A DNA stretch of 64,000 nucleotides, from contig CAWIGG010000004.1 in the NCBI GenBank assembly GCA_963835575.1, positions 352,001-416,000 on the forward strand, written 5' to 3'. This DNA is from an uncultured Spirochaetota bacterium. Lineage in GTDB: Bacteria > Spirochaetota > Brevinematia > Brevinematales > JAOACQ01. Made by a program: the position numbers and the translations under genes. The notes under the pieces are model-generated. The model saw only the letters and a program-made list of their open reading frames with translations, did not search any database and was not told the DNA's origin. The number at the start of each line of letters is the position of its first letter. Within the stretch, counting starts at the first letter, position 1. This document shows positions 21,022-30,624 of this stretch, piece after piece.

Positions 21022-21678
21022 TTAATATCTTTTGTCAAAACGGATGGCCGTGACAATTCCATCAACGGGATTCATAAAATTATATCCGAAAACCGGGGAT
21101 TTCGTGTTTTCCCAGTGAAACGAGTTCTTTTTGCCTTCAACCCAGGTGTCATAAAAAACTGTTGCGAGAGGGATCTTCTGATCGTCAGAACCGAATAAAA
21201 ATGTGTTAAAAATATCAATATTGCCTTTGTATTCAAAAAAACCGGCGCTGTTCAGATTGGTATAAATTTTATATTGGACCGGGACAAACAGATAGTTATT
21301 ATCGCCTTTTTCCCGGGCTTCCCAGCGGATGATCTCAATCTTCGCGATATCATAGAGAGAAATACTTCGGATTGAAAGCGTATTTTTCACCCTGTTTGTC
21401 ATTGTTAATCTTAAAGTATTGCTGACATAAAGCATTCCGCTTTCCTCGCTGCCGCCTGCCAGTGTAACCATGGCTTTTACGAGGAACAGATATGAAGTTT
21501 TATTTGCCTTAAAACTATCATTTATATGAATATCTGTCATAAGAGAATCGTCAACAACCGGCTCATCCGGTACTTCAGGGTCTTTAATTGAAGGCTCTTG
21601 AAGAGAATAAAGCGGCTGGAGGGCAATAAAGAACATCAGGAGCAGAATTTGAGCGGCAGTCTTCAAAAAGCTATGCAT
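21022..21678 (-). CDS. Hypothetical exported protein
   Basis: 218-aa ORF with signal-peptide-like N-terminus and AAGGA RBS. Confidence 0.65.
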   Translation of the reverse strand: MHSFLKTAAQILLLMFFIALQPLYSLQEPSIKDPEVPDEPVVDDSLMTDIHINDSFKANKTSYLFLVKAMVTLAGGSEESGMLYVSNTLRLTMTNRVKNTLSIRSISLYDIAKIEIIRWEAREKGDNNYLFVPVQYKIYTNLNSAGFFEYKGNIDIFNTFLFGSDDQKIPLATVFYDTWVEGKKNSFHWENTKSPVFGYNFMNPVDGIVTAIRFDKRY

Positions 21679-21829
21679 GGCATCTTCCTTAATAAAAATT
21701 GGTTACTTAGGATATTGTTCCTTATCGGCAGTTGATTTTACAAAATAAAATCTGGTTCTTATATCAAGCGGGCAATTTATTCATAATTCATAAATTTGAT
21801 AAACCGTCAAGACTCAGAATTACCAATCT

Positions 21830-22034
21830 TCCGCTAAGCCACGCGAAGTCACGCCAAGTGAAAATCTACTATACAAGTATTTTTGATTTTATCTTGTCTT
21901 TATTATTTACATTAGATTACCCGGTTAAATCCGTTTTATTCGTGGTTTTCCTTTCCCGGTTTCCTTTCGCGTCTATTCGCGTGTATTAGCGGATTATCCA
22001 GTTTTCCCTAAGACACGCGAAGTCATGTCAAATG
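21830..22034. repeat. Locus D: empty inverted pair of 10-bp-period arms plus a third, direct copy
   Basis: TCCGCTAAGCCACGCGAAGTCACGCCAAGTGAAA (21830-21863) vs reverse complement of 21960-21993, 26/34 identical; extra copy at 22006-22034. Confidence 0.8.
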
Positions 22035-22164
22035 ATAATACATTTAATAAATTAAAAAACTCAGATCCTGCAATAATTATTTCTTTTGATTTGTTTATAT
22101 TTTTTGTATTCATCCGATATTCTTAATGGCAAACCGCAACGGAAAATGAAGAACGCCGGGTTTG

Positions 22165-22200
22165 TTTCAACAAGGATGTTGAAAAAATAACCAAGGAGGG
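22165..22200 (+). promoter_or_regulatory. Putative CsrA-binding sites in the flgN leader
   Basis: TTTCAACA-AGGA-TGTTGAAA hairpin (contains ACAAGGATGT) plus a second AAGGA in the SD. Confidence 0.65.
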
Positions 22201-22205
22201 TTAAT

Positions 22206-22718
22206 ATGGAACTGGGAATGGATTACCTCAAATCGTTTAAGGAGCTGCTGAAGCTTGAAGCCGGATATCTTTCGGAGCTGGTAGCGCTGGAAGAAGAAAA
22301 GTATGACGCTCTCAAGCAGGTTGATATTACGCTTCTCATGAAAGTGAACACTAATGAAGAGGATATTCTTCAGCATCTCGCTTCCATAGAAAGAAAAAGG
22401 AAGGATCTGATATTGAACCTTTCTAAAATTTATCATTTTAATCCGAATCTGTCGCTTACGGAGCTGTTTTCCTACATTATGGATGAAAACAGCCAAAGCT
22501 TGAAAAATGAACTGATTGAGCTCCGGACAAAAATTAAAAACGAGATCGGCAAGCTTCAGATTTCAATGCATGAAAATTCGCAGATCATCCAGGCCAACCT
22601 GGAAATCATTAATCTGACAATGAATTTCGCGAACCGCAACGCGCAGAAGGAAACGTACGATTATAGAAGTAAAAAAGAAAGCAAGGAAAGCATCTATCTG
22701 GTAAATCAGATAGCGTAG
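22206..22718 (+). CDS. flgN: Flagellar export chaperone FlgN
   Basis: Helical protein directly before flgK with a C-terminal TY motif. Confidence 0.75.
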   Translation: MELGMDYLKSFKELLKLEAGYLSELVALEEEKYDALKQVDITLLMKVNTNEEDILQHLASIERKRKDLILNLSKIYHFNPNLSLTELFSYIMDENSQSLKNELIELRTKIKNEIGKLQISMHENSQIIQANLEIINLTMNFANRNAQKETYDYRSKKESKESIYLVNQIA

Positions 22719-22727
22719 GAGAAGAAT

Positions 22728-24629
22728 ATGCTGTCAACATTTAATGGAATTGAGGTCGGGAAAAAGGGATTGATGGCCAACAATGCCGGCCTGCAGATCA
22801 CGGGCCATAATCTTTCGAACGTGGAAACGGAAGGCTACAGCCGGCAGAAGGTCAACCTCACGACATTTATCCCGATTTACGATCCCAGCGCGAACCGGGT
22901 GGAGACTCCCGGCCAGTACGGTACAGGCGTCGTCGTTGAGGACATCCAGAGGGTCAGGGACCAGGCCATCGACGACCGCATTAATTATGAAAAAGGCGGC
23001 CTCGGGTTCTGGGAAATGAAACAGCAGTATCTCCATCTGATAGAAATGATCCATAATGAACCGAATAAGCCGAACCTCCGCACGGTCCTGGACGAATACT
23101 GGGAAAGCTGGCAGAAAGTCGCCGCCGACCCGACGGAAAGGGCATCGCGCGAGGAATTGATCCAGAGAACGAAAGTCCTGGCTGAGACGTTCAAGCACAA
23201 CTATGAGTCCTTGACCGATCTGCGGAAAAACGCCAATAATCTCGTTGACCAGAGAATAAACGAGATCAATCATATGGCTTCGGAAATTGCTTCGCTCAAT
23301 GTCCAGATCGTCAAATCGGAATCGATGGGCGATAATCCCAATGATCTTTACGATAAAAGGGACCTTCTCATAGAAAAGCTTTCAAAATACGTGGATATCC
23401 GCGTTGAAAGAAATAATAAACATGAGACGATCGTTTACATCGGTGCGGAAAACCTGGTCCAGGGCGAGCTGGCCAATAAGATCAACGCGGTAGGAAACCC
23501 GGATAATGAAGGTTATACAGACGCGCTCTGGGAAGACGGGCGGAAGGTGAAGCTCGGCTTGGGTGAACTGGCCGGCCTCGTCTCCGCGCGCGACGACGAT
23601 CTGAAATCTTCCATCCAGAACCTCGATTCTCTGGCGATCAACCTGACGGACGCGACCAATGAAATACACCGCGACGGTTTCGGCCTCAATCTGACAACCA
23701 ATAATAATTTCTTTAAAGAGCTGCCGATCACGCCTTACGCGAACGGCAATTACGATTTCACCAACGACGGCGTTGTAGACGGCACGGCCCTTTTTAAAAT
23801 CAGCGGAACAGAAAAAATAGACGAAAACACTCTAATAGGCAGCGGCGGAACATTGAACTTCGGCCCTGCGGCGCCCGCCGGCCCCAATATCGTGATCAAT
23901 TACAACGCAAGCGATAAAATAAAAGATATTATCGCCCGTATTAACCAGTCGGACGCGGGCGTTGTCGCTTACCTTAACCATAAAAGCGAGCTGTCATTTA
24001 AATCCAAATTCCCGTCCGACCAGAATTATCCCGATTTTGTCATCCGCCATGTCGAGGACAGCGGGAACTTACTTGTCGGCATCACCGGCATGCTCGGCGC
24101 GTCGGGCCCGCAGGGGGCTTTTGACTACAAGAATGTCGGCGATATCGTTAAATTCAGTGTGCCTTCATTTAATATATCATTTACGCCGGAAAAGCACCCT
24201 TCAGGCTGGCTGAATATAGATGATAAGATTGTAGCCAACCCCGACACGATAGCCGCCTCGGCGGGCATGGACACGACCGGAAGCGGCAAACCCGACAAAA
24301 TGAACGGCATCAGCGATAATAGGAACGCCCTGGCCATAGCCGACCTCAGGCAGAAGGACCTTATGTTCGAAAGCCAGTCCACGATGGGGGATTTTATTAA
24401 AACAATGGTCGGCGATATCGGCACGCGCTCAGAATCGGCAAAGATAAATATGGATAAAAACAGCGCCGTTGTGGACAGCCTCGTTAATCTGCGGCAGGAA
24501 ATCAGCGGCGTGAATATAGACGAGGAAATGACAAAGATGCTGATGTTCCAGCATGGCTACAACGCTTCGGCAAGGCTCGTCAGCACCGTCGACCGGATGA
24601 TCGAAACGATCATCAGAATGGGAGCGTAA
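22728..24629 (+). CDS. flgK: Flagellar hook-associated protein 1
   Basis: GHNLSNVETEGYSRQ, PNDLYDKRD and SGVNIDEEM..FQHGYNASAR. Confidence 0.95.
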   Translation: MLSTFNGIEVGKKGLMANNAGLQITGHNLSNVETEGYSRQKVNLTTFIPIYDPSANRVETPGQYGTGVVVEDIQRVRDQAIDDRINYEKGGLGFWEMKQQYLHLIEMIHNEPNKPNLRTVLDEYWESWQKVAADPTERASREELIQRTKVLAETFKHNYESLTDLRKNANNLVDQRINEINHMASEIASLNVQIVKSESMGDNPNDLYDKRDLLIEKLSKYVDIRVERNNKHETIVYIGAENLVQGELANKINAVGNPDNEGYTDALWEDGRKVKLGLGELAGLVSARDDDLKSSIQNLDSLAINLTDATNEIHRDGFGLNLTTNNNFFKELPITPYANGNYDFTNDGVVDGTALFKISGTEKIDENTLIGSGGTLNFGPAAPAGPNIVINYNASDKIKDIIARINQSDAGVVAYLNHKSELSFKSKFPSDQNYPDFVIRHVEDSGNLLVGITGMLGASGPQGAFDYKNVGDIVKFSVPSFNISFTPEKHPSGWLNIDDKIVANPDTIAASAGMDTTGSGKPDKMNGISDNRNALAIADLRQKDLMFESQSTMGDFIKTMVGDIGTRSESAKINMDKNSAVVDSLVNLRQEISGVNIDEEMTKMLMFQHGYNASARLVSTVDRMIETIIRMGA

Positions 24630-24631
24630 AC

Positions 24632-24670
24632 TAGCTGTTAGCTTCTAGCTGTTAGCTGTTAGCTATTAGC
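24632..24670 (+). repeat. Tandem 7-bp array (TAGCTGT, about 5.5 units) between flgK and flgL
   Basis: TAGCTGT TAGCTTC TAGCTGT TAGCTGT TAGCTAT TAGC. Confidence 0.85.
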
Positions 24671-24687
24671 AGATCAAGGAGGATTTT

Positions 24688-25938
24688 ATGATAGGACGCG
24701 TTACACAGGGATATATGGTGAGCGATTTTAACAACAACCTGCATACCCGCCAGGAAGACCTTCAAAAGACGCAGAACGAGCTTTCCAGCGGCTACAGGGT
24801 CAATCTTCCCAGCGACGATCCGGTCGCCACAATCAATTTTATGGATTATGACAGCCGTTTAAAAGAGATAAATACATACAAGTCCATTATTGACAACGCT
24901 AAAAGCAAGCTCAATATGGTGGATTCCTCGCTGAACAGCGTCACAACACTTGTTCAGAGGCTCAGGGAACTGGCGGTCCAGGGAGCGAACGGGGTTTATT
25001 CCAAGGATGAAAGGCAGAATATGGCCGTTGAAGTAGATCAATTGACCCGCGAAATCCTTCAGCAGGCCAATACTTATTATAAAGACAACGCCCTATTCGG
25101 CGGCACAATGACGGATGAGGAGCCTTTCAAGCCCGTTTACAGGGCCGATCCCGATACAGGCATAGAATATCTTCAGGAAGTGCGTTATACAGGGAACAAC
25201 CAGAGCCAGCTTATTGAAGCGGAAAGAGGCGAGAAAATAGAAGTGAACCAGCCCGGCAACCAGGTCTTCTGGGCCGACAATATGGACATTTATTCCACGA
25301 TTTCCGTTTCGGGCTATACGGCCGCAAAAGACTCGAAGGTCATTGTCGACGGTAATGAAGTGGAGATCAAATCGGGAGACAACCTTGAAGTCATCGCCAA
25401 TAAAATCAATAATTCCGGGGCCGCAGTCAAGGCTTCCATACAGACAAAGGACGGCCAGAGCTATTTTACCCTGGAAACAACCTCTCCGCACCAGATTTCC
25501 CTGATGGACAGCGACGGCGGTTCGGTCCTCCAGGACCTGGGCGTTATAGAACATGGGATGTACCCGCCCTACAACTACTCCCCGTCGGCAAGGGTCTATA
25601 CGGGAAGTATTTTTGACGCGATGATCAATTTCCGTAAAGCCCTGCAGGGAGACAATATTTTCCAGGTCGGCGGTACGGCGCTCGCCCAGATCGACAGTTC
25701 TCTCGCGAATGTGCTTAAATTCCGGGCCCATATGGGCGCGGTTTCACAGAGGCTGGACGCCATCACAGACAGATATATGAATGATGAAGTTTACATAACG
25801 GACGCAAAAGATAAATCGACCGGCACCGATATATCGAAAGCCATGATGGAGATGAAAATGCTGGAATTTTCTCATGATGTCGCGCTGAATATCGGGGCCA
25901 GGATTTTACCGAAAACACTGCTGGACTTTTTAAGGTAA
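24688..25938 (+). CDS. flgL: Flagellar hook-associated protein 3
   Basis: LSSGYRVNLPSDDPVA, RLRELAVQGANG and C-terminal TLLDFLR. Confidence 0.93.
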   Translation: MIGRVTQGYMVSDFNNNLHTRQEDLQKTQNELSSGYRVNLPSDDPVATINFMDYDSRLKEINTYKSIIDNAKSKLNMVDSSLNSVTTLVQRLRELAVQGANGVYSKDERQNMAVEVDQLTREILQQANTYYKDNALFGGTMTDEEPFKPVYRADPDTGIEYLQEVRYTGNNQSQLIEAERGEKIEVNQPGNQVFWADNMDIYSTISVSGYTAAKDSKVIVDGNEVEIKSGDNLEVIANKINNSGAAVKASIQTKDGQSYFTLETTSPHQISLMDSDGGSVLQDLGVIEHGMYPPYNYSPSARVYTGSIFDAMINFRKALQGDNIFQVGGTALAQIDSSLANVLKFRAHMGAVSQRLDAITDRYMNDEVYITDAKDKSTGTDISKAMMEMKMLEFSHDVALNIGARILPKTLLDFLR

Positions 25939-26021
25939 TTTTCAGCGGTAATTATATAACTAAATATTTGAAAATTTTCAGCAAAGATACTACAGTATAT
26001 AAGCGAAAAATGGAGGCTATC

Positions 26022-26504
26022 GTGGAAACTATTAAAACTAAGGCTTACGGCGAGATCCAGGTGGAAGAAGACACGGTCATTCATTTTAAACGCGAAATCC
26101 TTGGTTTTGAAAACAATCATGATTATTATCTCATCGAAATGGGGGACCTGCCGAATTTCTACTGGCTCCAATCCAAGGAAGAACCCGGTCTGGCCTTTAT
26201 TGTGGTCAACCCCAGGCTTTTTAAACAGGATTATAAACTGGACATTGATGATATAGACAGAGGCCTTCTGGAAATTGAGGACGGGAATGAAATGATCGAT
26301 TTTGTCATCGTGAACATTCCCGAGGACATTAACAAAATGACGATGAACCTCCTCGGGCCCATTGTCATCAATGTCAACAAACGGATCGCCATACAGGGCA
26401 TCTCGCTCAATAACGACTACGGAACAAAAGTATTCATATTCAATCCGGGTGAAGAGGAAATCCCGCAGGACCAGACAAAACAGGAAGCGGCTGAAAATTT
26501 ATAA
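26022..26504 (+). CDS. fliW: Flagellar assembly factor FliW
   Basis: ILGFE, FYWLQS and TMNLLGPIVIN; GTG start after GGAGG. Confidence 0.9.
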   Translation: METIKTKAYGEIQVEEDTVIHFKREILGFENNHDYYLIEMGDLPNFYWLQSKEEPGLAFIVVNPRLFKQDYKLDIDDIDRGLLEIEDGNEMIDFVIVNIPEDINKMTMNLLGPIVINVNKRIAIQGISLNNDYGTKVFIFNPGEEEIPQDQTKQEAAENL

Positions 26505-26519
26505 CGAGGGGAAAAGGAA

Positions 26520-26768
26520 GTGCTGGTTTTATCAAGACGCGAAGATGAGTCCATCATCATAAACGATGATATAGAAATTAAAGTGATCGGCGTCAAACAG
26601 GATCAGGTTAAAATCGGTATTGTCGCGCCGAAGTCAGTAAAAATATTCAGAAAGGAAATCTATGATGAAATACAGAGCGCTAATATAGCAGCCGCCGCGA
26701 GCGCTGCCGGCAAAGTAGGAGACCTCAAAGAAGCATTATCACAGAAAGAAAAAAAGGGGGAGGTATGA
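26520..26768 (+). CDS. csrA: Carbon storage regulator CsrA
   Basis: MLVLSRR..ESIII, VKIGIVAPK.V.IFRKEIY. Confidence 0.95.
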   Translation: MLVLSRREDESIIINDDIEIKVIGVKQDQVKIGIVAPKSVKIFRKEIYDEIQSANIAAAASAAGKVGDLKEALSQKEKKGEV

Positions 26769-26986
26769 TCAGCAAAGAAAAGCTGGAAATGCTTAAATAT
26801 TACAATAAAGGGCTGGAATTATACAGACAGAGGCAATTCAAGGAATCAAAGGAATATTTTAAAAAAAGCCTGGAAATCGTTCCGGGCGACGGGCCTTCCC
26901 GGATATATATTGAAAGGTGCGATGCTTTTATTCAAAACCCGCCCCCGCCGGATTGGGACGGCGTATTTGTTATGACCACAAAATAA
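26765..26986 (+). CDS. Small TPR-like protein
   Basis: GLELYRQRQF..A/S..YF, DGPS..YIERC and PPPDWDGVF. Confidence 0.65.
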   Translation: MISKEKLEMLKYYNKGLELYRQRQFKESKEYFKKSLEIVPGDGPSRIYIERCDAFIQNPPPPDWDGVFVMTTK

Positions 26987-27000
26987 GGAGGGATTAGAAA

Positions 27001-27351
27001 ATGCCCCAGAATATTGATCCATACAGGGATTATCCGACAACAACAACTCTCAGCAATACATCTCTCTTCAACGGAGTGATTAGTTTCAAAAATTCTCTGC
27101 GGATTGACGGTGAATATACCGGCAAAATAGACGCCGACGGCCTTCTCGTTGTCGGGCCGCAGGCCAAAATCAAAGGCGACGTTGTCTGCGAAGAAGTCAT
27201 CCTCGGCGGCGAGATCCGCGGAAATATCTTTGCCAAAAAGCGCCTGGAGCTTCTCGAAAGCGCGAAACTTTACGGGGATATCAAAACAGCCAAGTTAAAA
27301 ATCGCGGACGGCGTTATTTTCGAAGGAAAATGCGAGATGACGCAGAAATAA
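27001..27351 (+). CDS. Bactofilin (polymer-forming cytoskeletal protein)
   Basis: LRIDG, GDV, GEIRGNI, GDIKT and FEGKC beta-helix pattern. Confidence 0.88.
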   Translation: MPQNIDPYRDYPTTTTLSNTSLFNGVISFKNSLRIDGEYTGKIDADGLLVVGPQAKIKGDVVCEEVILGGEIRGNIFAKKRLELLESAKLYGDIKTAKLKIADGVIFEGKCEMTQK

Positions 27352-27360
27352 AAAATCCTG

Positions 27361-27389
27361 TTGACATAATTTATCTTTGAACGTACAAT
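27361..27389 (+). promoter_or_regulatory. Putative sigma70 promoter
   Basis: TTGACA-N17-TACAAT. Confidence 0.65.
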
Positions 27390-27443
27390 GTATCTCATGA
27401 AAAGCTGGCGTGTGCGGTCCTGCCTTTCTTCAGGAGGTGTGAA

Positions 27444-27779
27444 ATGGTGAATGTAGAGAAAAAAGGCGAAGTCGTTGTTTTAAAAGTATCCGGAAGGCTT
27501 GAAATCAATCAGGCCCTTGAATTGGAAGAGATAATCAATACCCATATAAATAACGGCAGCAAGTTTTTTATTTTTGATCTGGGCGATGTCCATTATCTTT
27601 CCTCAAGCGGGATCCGCGTCTGCATCGCCACTCTCAGGCAGTTAAAAGACATTAAGGGAAGAATGATCCTTTCCAACCTCAGCTCGAACGTCATCAAAAC
27701 GCTTAAAATCGTCGAGCTGGACGGCCTTTTTGAGATCATCAACTCGACGGACAAAGCGGTCAAAGCATTATCGAAATAA
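27444..27779 (+). CDS. STAS-domain anti-sigma-factor antagonist
   Basis: GRLE and DLGDVHYLSSSGIRV. Confidence 0.85.
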   Translation: MVNVEKKGEVVVLKVSGRLEINQALELEEIINTHINNGSKFFIFDLGDVHYLSSSGIRVCIATLRQLKDIKGRMILSNLSSNVIKTLKIVELDGLFEIINSTDKAVKALSK

Positions 27780-28195
27780 TGAGCTTCCGCTTTTTACTCG
27801 CCCTTGCCGGTTTTATACTTATTGTCGGTAGCGGTTCGGCCTGGCTCTTTTATAATATTATAAAAAAGAAAAATCTTCTAAGGGATCTCCTCAATCTTCC
27901 CAAGGAAAGAAGGCTTTTCTGGTATAAGCTCCGCGAGGCGGGTTTTACAATCATATCACACAATACCATCAAAGAAATAGAACTTATCATAGACGGTATG
28001 GATAAAAGCTATTCATTAAAAGCGGATTTTATCGTCAAAAAAAAGAACAGGAAATATGTCTCTCTTTTCGCCCCTCACTTCGAGGAAAAAGAATACCTTA
28101 AACAGCTTTTTGCCTACAGCATCGCTTTCAACGCCGACGGGGTGATTTATTATAATGAAAGCGAAAAGAATTTTACCGTCTGGGAAATGAAGTAA
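27779..28195 (+). CDS. Membrane-anchored hypothetical protein
   Basis: N-terminal TM segment; ADFIVKK and QLFAY weakly suggest a degenerate PD-(D/E)XK fold. Confidence 0.55.
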   Translation: MSFRFLLALAGFILIVGSGSAWLFYNIIKKKNLLRDLLNLPKERRLFWYKLREAGFTIISHNTIKEIELIIDGMDKSYSLKADFIVKKKNRKYVSLFAPHFEEKEYLKQLFAYSIAFNADGVIYYNESEKNFTVWEMK

Positions 28196-28212
28196 ACTTA
28201 CCTTTTTTTGCC

Positions 28213-28420
28213 GACCCCAATTCGGCAGGATGAGTGTTATTCTACAGGAAGGCACGAAGGCGCGAAGGGCTACGCCTGTAAAATAAAAGATTGATAAATC
28301 AAAATCCCTTCATATTTAATTAAGATTTTTAAATCGACCCCAATAGAACAGGATCAGCAGGATGTAACAGGATTTGCAGGATGGGTATTAATGTTACAGG
28401 AAGGCACAAAGGCGGTAAGG
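28213..28420 (+). repeat. Left arms, locus E (two tandem copies: GACCCCAAT, CAGGAT array, CACGAAG array)
   Basis: Copies at 28213-28268 and 28336-28420; the second matches the reverse complement of 33118-33205. Confidence 0.85.
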
Positions 28421-28494
28421 TATTATTACAATCAATCCGGGAACGATTGAAAAGTAATAGAGTGGCCTAAATATGAGGTAAAAAAGGGGGTAAT

Positions 28495-28836
28495 ATGAAA
28501 CTCAAAGATTTTATTTCTGAAACTTTGAAAGAAATAATTGATGGTGTAAGCGATGCACAAAAATATTATAGTGAGAAAGGTGGATTAATCAATCCAGTTT
28601 TAGATTTCACAGGAGCTGATAAAGCAGTAGTTTATTATGCTCGAGATACTCAACAAATTCCTCAATTCATAGATTTTGATGTTGCGATAACTGCTTCAGA
28701 GGAATCTGGAACAAAAGGTGGAATAGGAGTTTGGGTTGGGCCAGTAGGAGCAGGTATTAAAGGAAAGTCTGATACTTCAAATACTTCAACTAATCGAATT
28801 AAATTTTCAATACCGGTTATTTTACCTAAGGGATAA
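28495..28836 (+). CDS. AT-rich hypothetical protein, Trypco2-like
   Basis: MKLKDFISETL..I..GV..AQ, IDFDVAIT, Gly-rich segment and RIKFSIPV pattern. Confidence 0.55.
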   Translation: MKLKDFISETLKEIIDGVSDAQKYYSEKGGLINPVLDFTGADKAVVYYARDTQQIPQFIDFDVAITASEESGTKGGIGVWVGPVGAGIKGKSDTSNTSTNRIKFSIPVILPKG

Positions 28837-28864
28837 ATAAGATTGTAATAAATTGGAGGTTATT

Positions 28865-29080
28865 ATGCCTAATGAAACAATTAAAAGAGAAAGAGAACTA
28901 AGTAGGAAGGATACAATTCCCCCTAAAACTACTTATGATCTTAAAGTTATTAAGAATACGGGTACTTATGGATTTGAAAAGGATAGTAACGAATTACTAA
29001 ACAATGGTTATGAACTCAAATTTGCTTCTACTATTGCTCCTAATGAATTAGTGGGTTTTTTTATTAAAAAGAACCATTAA
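28865..29080 (+). CDS. Small hypothetical protein
   Basis: GGAGG RBS before ATG 28865; 71 aa. Confidence 0.55.
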   Translation: MPNETIKRERELSRKDTIPPKTTYDLKVIKNTGTYGFEKDSNELLNNGYELKFASTIAPNELVGFFIKKNH

Positions 29081-29125
29081 TTTCTATTTTTAAGGCCCTC
29101 AATTAAATTTTCTATACCAGTAGCT

Positions 29126-30521
29126 GAGTTATAATAGAAAGTTGTGTATAGGAATAAATATTATAAAAAAGATGGCGTACCCTCTATAATTTATTTACGA
29201 CAATAAACAAAAGGAGGAATACGCCATATGCCGAAGCACAACGAAGATTTTAAGCTCTTACAGGCTTTTAATCAAGATGAAACAGTAGAATTTTTATGTC
29301 TTGAAGAATTGGCAAGGATCGGGGCCAGGGAAATAATCAAGAAGGCTCTGGAAGATGAAATTAATGGGTTTCTTCAGGAGAGAGAGCATTTAACTATCGA
29401 AGACGGGAGAAAGGCAATAGTAAGAAATGGGTATCATAAAGCCCGTCAGATTCTCATTGGTGGAGGGGCTATTGATGTATGTATTCCGAGAACAAGGAAC
29501 CGACTCGGAGGCGACAATTTTCAAAGCCTAATAGTACCGCCGTATATGAGAAAAAGCCTGAGAATTGAGGAAGCCATTCCATTGTTGTATCTCTATGGAG
29601 TCTCAGAGATGGATATGGAGAATGCCTTGAGAGGATTGCTTGGTGAAGAAGCGAAAGGATTATCAGCCTCAAGTATAAGCAGAATGAAACAAGGATGGGG
29701 TAAAGAATATGATGAGTGGCGGACATCCGATTTAAGCGATAAAAAGTATTGCTATATATGGGTTGACGGCATTTACTTCAATGTACAGGGCAGCGAAGAC
29801 CGTTTATGCACTCTTGTAATGATCGGAGCCAATGAGAATGGTGAAAAGGAGATTATTCTTGTTGAAGAAGGTTACAGAGAGAATTCCGAGACTTGGTTAG
29901 GGATATTAAGAAACCTAAAAGAAAAAGGTTTGAAAGGTCCTATTCTTTTTATCGGAGACGGAAGCCTTGGATTCTGGAAAGCAGCCAAAGAAGTATATCC
30001 TGAATCCAGATGGCAGAGATGCTGGGTTCATAAGATAAAGAACATTCTAAACAAGCTGCCCAAAGTATTACAGTCAAAGGCAAAAGAGATGCTTCATGAG
30101 ATATGCAATGCTCCTGATAAGGATAATGCTATCAAAGCTTTTGAATTATTCCAGGCGGTTTTTAATCCTAAATATCCAGCAGCTGTCGAATGTTTAGAAA
30201 AGGATTGGGAGCTTATGATCGAATTTTATAACTGTCCGGCGGAACATTGGGTACATATCCGTACGACAAACGTAATAGAATCTACCTTCTCTACAGTTCG
30301 ATTAAGAACTAAAAAGATGAGAGGCTGCGGAACCAGGGAAACGATTCTAATAATGGTCTATAAATTACTGGATAAGGCATCCAGGCGATGGAGAAAATTA
30401 AGAGGTTATGAAAAGATTAGCCTTGTATTGGAAGGCGCTGTTTTTGAGAACGGAGAGCTTGTAAAAAAGGCAGCATAAAAAAATGAGAGGGTATGTCATA
30501 CACAACATTTGACAAAAACTC
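29126..30521 (+). mobile_element. IS256-family insertion sequence, copy 1 (1396 bp)
   Basis: Imperfect terminal IRs GAGTTATAATAGAAAGTTGTGTAT / ATACACAACATTTGACAAAAACTC; 8-bp target duplication CAGTAGCT. Confidence 0.95.
29228..30478 (+). CDS. IS256-family transposase
   Basis: RNGY, WVDGIY, IGDG..GFW, WQRCWVHK and RTTNVIES. Confidence 0.95.
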   Translation: MPKHNEDFKLLQAFNQDETVEFLCLEELARIGAREIIKKALEDEINGFLQEREHLTIEDGRKAIVRNGYHKARQILIGGGAIDVCIPRTRNRLGGDNFQSLIVPPYMRKSLRIEEAIPLLYLYGVSEMDMENALRGLLGEEAKGLSASSISRMKQGWGKEYDEWRTSDLSDKKYCYIWVDGIYFNVQGSEDRLCTLVMIGANENGEKEIILVEEGYRENSETWLGILRNLKEKGLKGPILFIGDGSLGFWKAAKEVYPESRWQRCWVHKIKNILNKLPKVLQSKAKEMLHEICNAPDKDNAIKAFELFQAVFNPKYPAAVECLEKDWELMIEFYNCPAEHWVHIRTTNVIESTFSTVRLRTKKMRGCGTRETILIMVYKLLDKASRRWRKLRGYEKISLVLEGAVFENGELVKKAA

Positions 30522-30624
30522 CAGTAGCTTTATTTACAAGATAACCGATAATAATTTACTCTTCAGACAATTGACTTTATAATAACAGTAATAATAAACT
30601 ATTTATGTGAAATAAGGAGTTATT

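Noticed and set aside
22126..22165. c-di-GMP-I riboswitch upstream of flgN (GGCAAACC)
   Set aside because: It lacks the GNRA-capped P2 and the following GACGCAAAG segment; a CsrA-site explanation fits better.
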